64,000 nucleotides of DNA from Mytilus trossulus (taxonomy: Eukaryota): contig NC_086382.1 in the NCBI RefSeq assembly GCF_036588685.1, forward strand, positions 56,358,001 through 56,422,000, read 5' to 3'. The notes beneath the pieces are model-generated. The model saw only the letters and a program-made list of their open reading frames with translations. It had not been told where the DNA came from and did not search any database. Shown in pieces: positions 52,719 through 64,000 of this stretch (positions are counted from its first letter, which is position 1; each line of letters starts with the position of its first letter). A program made the translations under genes and the position numbers.

Positions 52719-54994
52719 ATGGTATAAGAAGTATTCTTTAATTAATGATATTTTAGTTTAGTAAAGCTGCATACACTATTATATTGTAAGTTAACACATT
52801 TTATATAAAAATCATTTTTAGATGATTGGTAATATAAAAGTAAAGTATGCACTGTAATATTTAACATTGGTTCTTTTATATCAAGACATTTTATTTACAA
52901 ATGTGAATGAAATCGTGTTATAACAATTGTAAACTTATCTTTTATCTAGATGACTATGTTTATTGTTTGGTTTGCGGTACTAGGAGTCACTGGAGCTTAC
53001 AAGTGTATGGATCCTCCAGAAATGCATTGGCCTGATAAGGTCAGAATATGTGATGGAGAATTTGGAAATAGTCCTGGATGTAATGATGACTATACAGTCC
53101 CGTATAACCAGTAGGTACATCCTTGAGCCAGAAATATTCTAGACACATTACAAGTATTATTAAACTTTCTAACTTGAAAATTTGAAAATTGCACTTGAAT
53201 GATTTTCAACAGATTTTATGAATTAAAACTGTGTATGTATTTAGCAGCAGTCGATTTCTAATTTATATGACTATCCGAATATTAGATTTTTACATCAATT
53301 TCGTAGAGGTTTGTTGTCTAATTGCTTGTAATAAAGAATTTGCTCAACTCTATATTTTATTAATCGCTTCGTATGAATTTTATTTTCATTTGTATCTATT
53401 TTTCAGTAATCATATAGAAAACGCCCTTCAAGCTGACAGAGATCTTCTATCCTTCGTTGAGGATTCTTGTAAAATATACTCTCCAGAACTTCCCCTTGAA
53501 TATGAGTAAGTTTTGATTAATATCTATCAGTAATTATAATGACATTCGCCAAAATCGAAGGGCTATATGTTGTAACGAGGTTGTGTGTTACTTGTTGCTA
53601 TCTGAATGTTCCAAATTCCTCAAAAATGATAACCAACTTTCTAAATAGATATAACAAATCATCAATGAAATAATATTTATCAATTTCATCCTTCCGAATC
53701 GATCACCTTGCTTTATTTTCATCAAGAGCGCCTTAACACAAAATATTGAAAAACCAAAAATGTATAGATAAATGAAAAAGTTATGAGCTATGTCACTATA
53801 ATGGACATTAAACGAATGTTTTATACATTTGATAAATATAATTAAGATGTATTCTCATTAGATATTTTATTAAAACACAGTCATATCATTTATGACCACT
53901 TTTGTATTACTACAAAGTAATAACATTCATCAACAATATGATATAACAACACAGTCAGAACATTTATCAACACTTTTCTTTATTACAAGTCCTTCACAAT
54001 GTGTTATAACAACACAGAGACGTCATGACACTCGTCCACACCGGGTAGTCACAATACAATCATCAAATCGTTTCATAACGTCTTATGACATCAAAGTTCT
54101 AAATTTTAACAGCATTTTATTATTACAAGAAAGTTACAACATTTAATCGCAACGTGTGATATTTCAACAAAGTCATATATATTGTTATGAAATTACCTGG
54201 ACGGCTAGAAATCATAAGAAACATATAGTCTATTATTTTTCCATTCCGTACAAATTTATATGATTCCCCCCTTTTTAGACAATGTCCAATTGATGGTGGT
54301 GATCTTGGAAAAACGCTAGGCAGATGTGAGAAAGTTTGTGATGGCAATTATGTTAATGTAACAGCTGTGAATGTGCAAATGGTAGACGAAAAAACAAAAA
54401 GCTTTAGATGGAGCAAATGTTATGTTATACGTCCATGGGAACAGAAAGTTTACTATATGAAGTGCAAGTAAGTAGTTATATCACTCAAAGCTGTTTTTTC
54501 TAATGAACTTTTTTCAATTTTCAATTATTATTATCATTGAAGTAGAGGTGGTATCAAAAAGTCAAATATGTTCACATGTATTGATTGTGATACTTCGTTT
54601 AATATCTTATCAACCTTTCTTCTCTATTTATTTTTCAAGTTTACTAATTGGTAAATGATGAGGTTCAGGCTCATCTTCTTAAATACTTTATTATGTTTGA
54701 TGGAAATTGAAGATTACAGGCTTCTTTATCTAAAGCAAACAAATAGTTATTTGATTTTTTTTAAATTTCAGAAGTGATCGACCTACTTTTGAGAGCAGTT
54801 CATTTAAGTGTGTTCCTGACAACTTTATCAGACGTAGGGTTGCTGTTTTCTGTCCAGAATTCAAAGAGCACCAATGTCAAAAAGTGGACCTCGAATTACC
54901 AACTAATTGTGCTGCAAGCCGATTTGAATGTGTCCAACCGAAGAAAACAAAGCAACAAAGCGTAGACAGCTTTTTCGATTCATTGTTTTTGTAG
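52719..54994 (+). CDS. A4: 224-aa degenerate-knot protein
   Basis: Exons 52719-52721, 52950-53110, 53407-53505, 54279-54467 and 54772-54994. The first donor is gtataa rather than gtaaga. Confidence 0.88.
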
Positions 54995-55524
54995 TCCAGT
55001 CTTTTAAAGAACTATCCGCACAGTGTGCTGCAGGTCGATTCTAATGGTGTCATAAAAACCATTCCGAACAGACGAAAAAGATTAAATGCCTTCAATTGTG
55101 ACCTCACATATTAGAAAGTTTTGTATTTAAATCCATGCAGACTGTGATATTTTGTTGTTTTTTTTGTAATATTGTGCACATCATCATCCATTATGCCATG
55201 TTCTTGTAATAGTGACTAATGTATAAATAAAATATAATATTTTATATATCTGTGTCTGGTAGTTTATTTTCCCCCTGTGTAGGATAGTTAGTAATTGACA
55301 TTAGTTAAAGAGATTTTATTACGAATTAAGATTTCATTGGTTTATCTTATTTTCCATTATAAAAGATAGCATGTCTTGCGAGAGGTTTGGCATGCCATTT
55401 AACCAGGTTTAACCCTATTTATTTAAGCCAGGAATATATATATTATCAAATAGTTCGTTGTATGTGTGTTGGCGTTTTTTTTTGTGGTAAATTGTGAAGT
55501 GTTTCAATAACTACATGTAGTTAT

Positions 55525-56387
55525 CTAATCCGAAATTACTCTGATGTCCAACGACTGTTTTGGCAGACAAGCTTGGGCCGTGTGACGTCAGAGCTCGTCC
55601 CATATCAAAAAGTTGATATTTGCCCGTCCAAAATGGCTGCGCTGCTTCGTTGCTTCTAGGGCCGACTGACGGCCTTGGAATTATATAAATCGGGCATCAA
55701 TCTGTTAATTTTTCATTTATCTCTTCATTCATGTCACCCTTTATATCCCCCTATATTAATAGTTTTCACAGTAACGCATCGATTTTGGCATTTTAACTTT
55801 CATTTTGAAAGATTGTCATTTGTCATGTGATCAACGAGAAAAAGTAAGGCACAATGTATTATGGGAGCTGATGGCCCTAGGTCAATGTGAATACATAATC
55901 TAACATCTCGTTCATTTACGATGCAAGTAAGGTCCGAGTGCTTCCGATTGTTATCATTATTGGCTACTAAATGTTTAATACCGATCTCCTGTAAAGGAGG
56001 TTAAGAAATATACACAATCCCGAAATTAGCATAAATATTTGAATAATTTCAGTCTCGAGGCCGCCAACTCGTAACTTGTCGTCCATTTGAAAATGAAAGT
56101 CAAAATGCCGGAATCGATAAGTCACTGTGAAAACTATTAAAATAGGGAAAATAATGGGTGGCAGGTAGGTGAAACTTACATGAATGAAGAGATAAATAAA
56201 AAATGGACAGATTGATGACCGATTTATATAATTCCAAGGCCGTCAGTTGGCCCTAGAAGCAACGAAGCAGCGTATCCCTTTAAGACGTGCAAATATCCAC
56301 TTTATGATATGGGACGAGGTCTGACGTCCAACGACTCCACCTTGTCTGGCAAAACAGCCGTTGGACGTCAGAGTAATCTCGGACTAG
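55525..56387. mobile_element. Long-TIR MITE (unit 4, full length)
   Basis: 863 bp, same length as unit 1. Confidence 0.88.
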
Positions 56388-56589
56388 AAGTTATCTACAC
56401 GACGTAGATTATGCCTTGGATTGACTTTTTTTTTTTATTTCAAACAAATGATTTGCGAGTTATTCAATCAACCAGTAAGGTTTTATCCCATATTGTTCCG
56501 TTGCTTTTCTCGTACTTTTTGTTTGTTTCCATCGGGTTTAGTCTATAATCTATATTTGTTTTCGCCGAAGCGATTTATGACTTTTAAAC

Positions 56590-58746
56590 TTAAAATGCAA
56601 AATGAAGTTAAGGAATTTCTTTCGACAACAGATAGATAAAATTATAAGAAATCTTCAGTCGCACAAAGCAAGTGGTATTGATGAGATTCCCAATGATTTT
56701 TTTTAAGTTTGGTGGCGATGCTCTTGTGGATTCACTCGTTGATCTCTTCACCATTATTACTGACCTTGAAGCTGTACCTGGTGACTGGCAAAATGGCATC
56801 ATCAAACCCCTACTCAAAGCTGGGTCTGTCTATGATATTGATAACTATAGGGGGATTACTTTAACGTCTAATGTGTACAAGGTATATTCGAAAATTTTGG
56901 AGGAATCTGTAATGACCTACTTAGAAGAAAATAATATTTTGGGCGATGTTCAGGGGGCATTTAGAAACAATAGAAGAACAGAGGATCATAAATTTACTCT
57001 ACAAGGTATTTGTTCTATTCGAAAAGCTAAAAAATAGAAAAAAAATATAGCTTTTTTAGACCTATCAAAAGCTTTCGATAGAGTCTGGTGTGATGGCCTT
57101 TTCTATTAATTGTGGAAAACTGGTATTCAAGGTAAGAGTTGAAAACTGCTCAAATCACTTTACAGTAATGTATCAAACAAAGTTTTGTTTGGTGATTATG
57201 AAACAGGTTTCTTAGAATTTGGCTTGAAACAAGGTTGTATCTTGTCTCCGACTCTTTTTTCTGTTCTAATGAATGACCCCGTAAGCATGCTCGAAGCCAA
57301 CAATTTTGGTGCCGAACTATCCTCACAACTAGTAAATTGCCTTTTATGTGCTGATGATGAAGTTCTTATCGGGAAGTCCGAGGCGGAACTACATCGTCTG
57401 CTTGATATAACAGCTAATTTTGCTTCAAAGTGAAATCTAAAATATAATCAAAACAAATCCAAGGTTATGAAAATAGGTAAGCGTTTATATAAAGATAAGA
57501 AATGGCAATAAGGTGACCGGCTCCTTGAGGAAGCCAATGAATACAAATATCTTGGAGTTTATTTTACCCGTTCTTTGATTTTTGCCTTCCATATAAATTG
57601 TTACTTAAAAAAAACTTCGAGCGCAAGCTCAATTATATGACTAAGTTGCTAAATGAGCACGGATCTTTCAATCGCATATCCTTCGGAGATTCCCTCTGGA
57701 ACTCGGTAATACGGCCATCTATTGCACATGGTTGTGCTGTATGGCTGCCGTCGTCAGCCTCAAGCAAACAAATTCTTGAAACTTGACAATATGAACCGGC
57801 GAAACTCATTTTTAGTGGTAATATGAATATCCTTAAGTCGGCTCTGTTCGTAGATTTGGGTTGGGAACCGATAAATGATTTCCTTGATAGACAAAGGGTG
57901 TCTAATTTTGCTAGAATTCATGACAAAGATAAGAAAAGATAATTTCGAATCATATTTGACGAGCTAAAGGGCTTAGCGCTACATCAAGGATGGGGATTTC
58001 CTCAGTATATGAAAAATGTGTTTAATTAGTTATCAAAAGTACCAGGATTATAATTTTTTACGCCAGACGCGCGTTTCGTCTACATAAGACTCATCAGTGA
58101 CGCTCAGATCAAAATAGTTAAAAAGCCAAATAAATACAAAGTTGAAGAGCATTGAGGATCCAAAATTCCAAAAAGTTGTGCCAAATATGGCTAAGGTAAT
58201 CTACTCCTGGGGTAAGAAAATCCTTAGTTTTTTCGAAAAATGCAAAGTTTTGTAAACAGAAAATTTATAAAAATGACCATATAATTGTTAAAACTGTCGG
58301 TCTTGATTATTTTTAAAAACTCAAATGTTAACCTGAATATTTTTAAACAGTTTTTGGGGAAGTTTGTTCGTGAAAGAGAATTTCAAGTTATAAGAAATAA
58401 AAGTAGTCTAAATGCGTTCTCCAAATTCAACCTTTTTGCGTCTGGTAGACAGCCTTATTTGTCAAACTTGTCGATTTTAAGTCTACAAGGTTAAAATGGT
58501 TAGCACGACAACATTGTTTACTTATGAATCAAGTTTTGTATAGAATGAAGATGTGCGAGACTCCCATTTGTCAAATGTGTTCATGCAAATCTGGGGAGAC
58601 CGTGGAACATTTCGTTCTCGCATGTTCTGAATATTCTCCTATACGGAATAAGTATTTTGCGGATATAAATGAGTACCTAAGTACTAACTTCCCCGACTTT
58701 TGCTTCATAGAAATACCGTCCTACGAAAAAATAAACATACTGCTAA
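56590..58746 (+). mobile_element. Decayed LINE (unit 4): no internal duplication, interrupted by a retrozyme-like element, 3' end lost
   Basis: Colinear RT motifs (GLKQGCILSPTLF, CADD) and CQMC…ETVEHFVLAC. Breaks off directly into A5 intron-1 sequence. Confidence 0.88.
58060..58103 (-). ncRNA. Minimal type I hammerhead ribozyme (identical to 6013-6056)
   Basis: acgccagacgcgcgtttcgtctacataagactcatcagtgacgc on the plus strand. Confidence 0.85.
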
Positions 58747-58861
58747 ATATAGTATAAATATCTAGTTATTTTAAAATATAATGACTTTTATATCCGAAAA
58801 TTTTACCCACAAATATAGTCAAATTGTTGTTACTATAATTCGAAACATTTCTTTTATCTAG

Positions 58862-61070
58862 ATGCATATTTTTGTTGTTTGGTTTGCGGTGTTAGGAGTA
58901 TCTTGCGCTTACAAATGTATGGATCCTCCAGAAATGCATTGGCCTGATAGGGTCAGAATATGTGATGGAAATTTTAAAAATAATCTTGGATGTGATGATA
59001 AAAGATTTCAGTATAACAAGTAAGTATATTCTTAAACCATCTTTCTAAATCATAAATTTGAAAATTGTTCCTGATTGAATTTCTAATTGAGATATTAAGA
59101 AATCGGTCATTTTGTTATTCAACTTTTTTCTTGTTGATTGTCAGCTGGCATTTTATATGTGTTTCAAACGATTCAGCATAACACGTTATACACGTACTTG
59201 TCAAGATTAAGGATATTATTAAACAATTACACGACGAGAATTTCTCAACGAAGAGAAATTCTAGGAAATATTATTATAGACATATTAACATATAGATGAT
59301 AGCTTTTTACTGATCTATGGCATCTATGTTGTTATTTACACACCGAATAATTTTATTGAAATTACATTTTAACTCACCGGCCTCTGTGATTGTAAAGTAA
59401 GCACTCCAGAGAACAGATTTGTTAAAGATTGATTGACACATATTCTATTGAGCATTCGTTACCCATACAAAAATCTAGAACATTAAATTTGTAGTTATAT
59501 AATTATTTTCACCTATATATGCTAATTTCTGTGCAATTTCTCTTATGAAGAGATGTCTTTTTAGCAATCACACCACGACTTCATTTTTATGTTTCAAATT
59601 ACTAGAGTATTATACTTTGATGAATATTGTTATAAGTAAAATGTATACCTTTTTTAATTGTATTGTAATTTTTATTTTAGTGATCATATAGAAAGCGTCC
59701 TTCAAGCTGATAGAGATCTCTTATCCTTCGTTGAGGATTCATGTAAAATATACTCTCCAGAACTTCCCCTTGAATGTGAGTAAGTTTATCAATAAATTAG
59801 AAAATATTTGTTATTACCTCCGTCACTATCGAGGGGACAAAACCTTTTCTAAACAGGTTTGTTTTAGTAGACACTGGATGTATTTATTACTATCTGGTTG
59901 TCTTTTAATTTCATTTTTTTTAAAGTTTTAACTTCAATTCTATTTAATGTGTCATTGCATCAAAGTCAAAGCATTAATCATCAATGTGTTATTAGAAATC
60001 AGTCCAAGTATTCATCCACGAAGTATTGTTCCACCAAAGTCCGAATATTCAACCACTTAATGTTATTCCAAAAAGGTCCGAATATTCGACCACATTGTGT
60101 CATAACATTTACCGCAATGTGTTTAATGCAGCAAAGTAATTAATATTGCTATTAGTCTACATTTCAGTTTATTTGTTTCCTTTAAATAACATTTATATCA
60201 TTGCTCTCCTTTATTTAAAGACAATGTCCAATTGATGGCGGTGAGCTTGGAAAACATTAGGGAGATGTGAGAAGGTTTGTGATGGCGAATATGTTACTGT
60301 TACAGCTGTAAATGTGCAAATGGTAGACGAAAGAACTAAAGTGTCACGTTGGAGCAAGTGTTATGTTATACGTCCAAGGGAACAGAAAGTCTACTACATG
60401 AACTGCAGGTAAGTAGTTATGTTTCACACATCTGTTTTCTTTCTCAGGTGCCTTTTAAAAATAATCAATTATTATCAACAATGTAGTAGTGGTAGTACCA
60501 AAAGACAAACTTGTTCACATGGATATAAGAAGTTGTGGTATGAGTGCCAATGAGACAACTCTCCATCCAAGTCACAATTTATAAAAGTCAACCATTAAAG
60601 GTCAAAGTAAGGTATTGAACACATTAGCTCACAACGAACAGCTAGTGTACAGTTTATAATGATTTATTTCTTATTTTTATCAACCTTTATCCTAATTTAC
60701 TTTTCAAATAAACTTATTGGTAAATGAAGATGCTCAGGCTCATCTTCCCAAATTCTTTTGTACGTCTGATCGAAATTGAAGATTAAAAAAGCTTGCTTAT
60801 TTAAATCAAACAAAAACTATTGATTTTTTTAATTTCAGAAGTGAGCAACCTACTTTTACTACTTCTTTGAGCAGTTCATTTAAGTGTGTTCCAGACAACT
60901 TTATCAGACGAAGGGTTGCTGTATTCTGTCCAGAATTTAAAGAACACCAATGTCAAAAAGTGGACATTGAATTACCCACTAACTGTGCTGCAAGTCGATT
61001 TGAATGTGTCAAACCAAAGGAAACAAGGAGGCAACAAGTAGACAGCTTTTTCGATTCATTGTTTTTGTAG
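58862..61070 (+). pseudogene. A5: divergent orphan A-type copy, probable pseudogene
   Basis: Exons 58862-59019, 59681-59779, 60221-60408 and 60839-61070. The third is 188 nt instead of 189 (ggaaaacattag gives a frameshift and immediate TAG). Conserved RPW is changed to RPR. No exon 1, promoter or B partner. Confidence 0.8.
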
Positions 61071-61914
61071 TTTTCTCTTAACTACAGAAATGTATCCACA
61101 CGATGTGATGTGGCTCAATTTAATGTTATCAGTTAAAGCAACAAGGCAGGAAGAAATAGATAACATGCTTTAAATTTTGAACCTCATAGATTTGGAAAGT
61201 TTTGTTTTCCTATTTTAAATCCATGTAGACTGTGATATTATGTTTTTGTTTGTTGTATTGTTCATTTCATCATCCATTATGCCATGTTCTTGTAATTGTG
61301 ACTTATGTGTAAATAAAACACCAACTGTATTTATACGGGACCTGTAGTTTTTTTTTGTGTAGAATAGTTAATAATTGATATGAGTTAAGAAGATTTTACT
61401 ACCAATCAGGACCCCATTTGTCATCAGTTAATTTAATTTTTCATTGAAAAATAGATAGCATGTCTTGCGTGAGGTATAGCTATTAAACCATGTAAAACCC
61501 TATATTTCATCTTAAAATGTCGTGTACCAAGTCAGGCATAAGGCAGTTATTATCAAATATAAAAAAGAAGATATGGTTTGAATGCCAAAGAGACAACTCT
61601 CCACAAAAGACCAAAATGACACAGAAATTGACAATTATAGGTCACTGTACTGCCTTCAACAATGACTATAGGTCACTGTACGTACGGTCTTTAACAATGA
61701 GCAAAGCCCATAGTTCGTTTTATGTGTATTTGCGTTTGGTTTTTTGGTACTTCGGTGTTGCTTTGTTTTCCTCTTATAGTTGATGAGTTTTGGTTCGTAA
61801 CACGGTTTTGTTTTTTCTCAACCGATTTATTACTCTAAGCACAAATATATTACTGTGGACTTTATTTGAACAACAACTTTAAAAATACAAAGTTGCAATC
61901 CAAGGAGTTTATTT

Positions 61915-62250
61915 ACAATGGCTCGTGAACTCACTGCCTATAATTGGTGGCACTTGATCAAATTGTCGATAACCGATGACACACGAATACACGGCATACA
62001 ACTGATGGCACTTAAACACACTGCCTGCTACTGATGAGACGTGGAAAGAACTCTCTTTATCGGATGGAAAATGAACACACTATCAAAAACTAAAATCACG
62101 CAAACACACTCTTTTTATACTGAAGATACATCAACACAATGATTAATACTAATATCACGTGAATTAATGTCAAAGACTGATTCCACGTTAACAAACGTTC
62201 AATGACTAATGGCACGTGAACTAACTTTTTATAACTCGTGTCTTGTGAAT
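61915..62250. repeat. Highly degenerate ~29-30-bp tandem repeat
   Basis: Recurring actgatggcac(g)tgaacacac-like units. Confidence 0.45.
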
Positions 62251-62449
62251 ATCGAGTTATGCGCCTCTCCTTGTCGACCTCTTCTTATTTTCATATGAGT
62301 CCACCTGCTACTTATTAAAAACAAGAAAATCTAAGAAATCCGATCATTTGATTTCACATCTTGATATATGATGTTCTTTCCCTTAACAATGCAAAGTTTT
62401 CATTTGACTTTTGATTGTGTTCCTATAATATGTCCTTAAGAACTAGAAA

Positions 62450-62700
62450 TACATATTTTAGACTTATACCTCAAATTGACATAAGCGGTCATCTCACAAC
62501 GGAAGTCTATGACAAGCGAGATTATTTTACTTTTGAAATTATAAATTGTTCCCACCTGAGCAGCAATACATGAAAGTCACATACATATAAAATATACATT
62601 TCCCAACTCATATGGTATTCAACAGCTTGCAGCTGCTAGTCAAACTAAATAAAACCAGTATCTGAGGCCAAGGATATGTCAAAGAACGTCTTGTCCTTTT
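62450..62700 (+). pseudogene. Decayed Penelope-like RT C-terminal fragment
   Basis: Frameshifted translation LDLYL…SGHLTTEVYDKRDYFTFEIINCSHLSSN…YISQLIWYSTACS resembles the PLE motif LYDKRDDFNF…YISQLIRY. Confidence 0.65.
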
Positions 62701-62954
62701 TATATAGAAAAAAATCTTTTATAATACATATGACGTTGCTCGGTACTTATACATCCCGCCATTGTGTTACTGTGCGAAGGTTAATTGTGAATTATTGTCT
62801 TTCCTTTTTGCTTATGTACTTTGTTTACTAGTAAATGTGTTTTTGAGTTTGTTGAAACATTTATTTGTTTTTCTAATGATTAAGATTGTATGACAAATTG
62901 AACTGGTGTACCCAAACTTTTGACGTTTTTACCTATTATCATGATTATGTCTGT

Positions 62955-63780
62955 GGAAGCAAGTCATTTCGTACACTGACCATTTCGTACCTCTGCCATT
63001 TCGTACCCAAATCTGCCATGTCGTACCGAACATTATCATTTGGTTCCAACGATAATATCCATTTCGTACCCTATGCGCAAAATGCATCTACCATTTCGTA
63101 CCTCATGGGTTTAATACATGTTATCATATTTTGTAAAGTTAATCATGATTTTAAGTTTTTTTTAAATATAATATATTAAATAAAATTATGCATCTAGACG
63201 TAACAATTTCATAAAGACCGATGATTGTTTTGATTTAGCAGCACTTGGAAACTTCAATAGTTATAATTACACTTTGTTTTTTTTGCAGGATTTGATCTTA
63301 ATTATTTGTTAAACTCTAAAAGTATGAGATTAATTAACCAACAAAGACAGAATTATCTGCTACTGTTGTTATAGTAATTAATAGTTGTATTTGTCAGGAA
63401 ATGCAGTGAAAAGGGACACAAGCTGACTTTTACTCAAAAAGTAAGCCATGAGTCAAAGTGTTTGCATAAGTATTTGCACCTTATGTGACCAATCAAAGTA
63501 CTTGTTATGGCTTTTTAATTTGAGAAATACTGACAGCCAATAGATCACCTTGTCAGAAGATGATCGTACAAATGGTTTTACATATAAATCTTTCATGAGG
63601 TACGAAATGGTATGCATATACATGAGCTCCGAAATGGCATAGATATTAATCTTCCATGAGGTACGAAATGGCATACATATAAATCTTCCATGAGGTACGA
63701 AATGGTATTACAATCTAACCTTCCATGAGGTACGAAATGGCATACATATTAATCTTCCATGAGGTACGAACTGGTATTAC
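62955..63780. mobile_element. Foldback/MITE-like element with inverted arrays of CCATTTCGTACC subrepeats
   Basis: About six ccatttcgtacc units at 62960-63110 face about six ggtacgaaatgg units at 63595-63780 (period ~33 bp). Confidence 0.6.
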
Positions 63781-64000
63781 ATGTTAATATAAGTTTTACG
63801 TCCGAGCTCTGGGCAATCTAAAGTTTGCTTACCGTTTTGTTTTTCTTCCGATGATTGACAACGTTATCACGCCCCATTTCCCGCTATGCAAATCATTTCG
63901 CGGAAATAATAGCCGTGAAGACAAAATGAAATAATAATAACCTTATTTACGTTTCATCATAAGATATTACCATATTATACAATTCAGAAATAATCATATA

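Larger units (their letters stand above)
13650..58746. repeat. Tandem segmental amplification with a ~12.3-13.2 kb unit (promoter + A + MITE + LINE + B)
   Basis: A-gene start codons at 14097, 26347, 39477 and 52719. Introns and intergenic DNA are near-identical between units. Confidence 0.95.

Noticed and set aside
62025-62055. CTGATGA…GAAA hammerhead-like string
   Set aside because: No pairing stems; it is part of a degenerate tandem repeat.

Overview
AT-rich, intron-rich animal genomic DNA. The interspersed repeats look like those of mytilid mussels; this is my inference and is not checked. The ORF track misses the real genes because they are spliced. Joining GT-AG exons by hand shows a cluster of secreted cysteine-rich proteins resembling Spaetzle/neurotrophin-type cystine-knot ligands. 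They come as head-to-head pairs sharing a 0.3-0.4 kb bidirectional promoter. The minus-strand gene ('B') keeps all six knot cysteines (…PTACSC). The plus-strand paralogue ('A') lacks exactly the C3/C6 pair (…PTNCAA). The window holds one old, divergent pair (B0/A0, cut by the window start), four pairs in a recent ~12-13 kb tandem amplification (B1-4/A1-4), and one orphan, frameshifted A copy (A5) that has lost its promoter and partner. Between the genes are nested mobile elements (a long-TIR MITE and a decayed LINE), Penelope-like fragments, and minimal type I hammerhead ribozyme motifs in retrozyme-like repeats.
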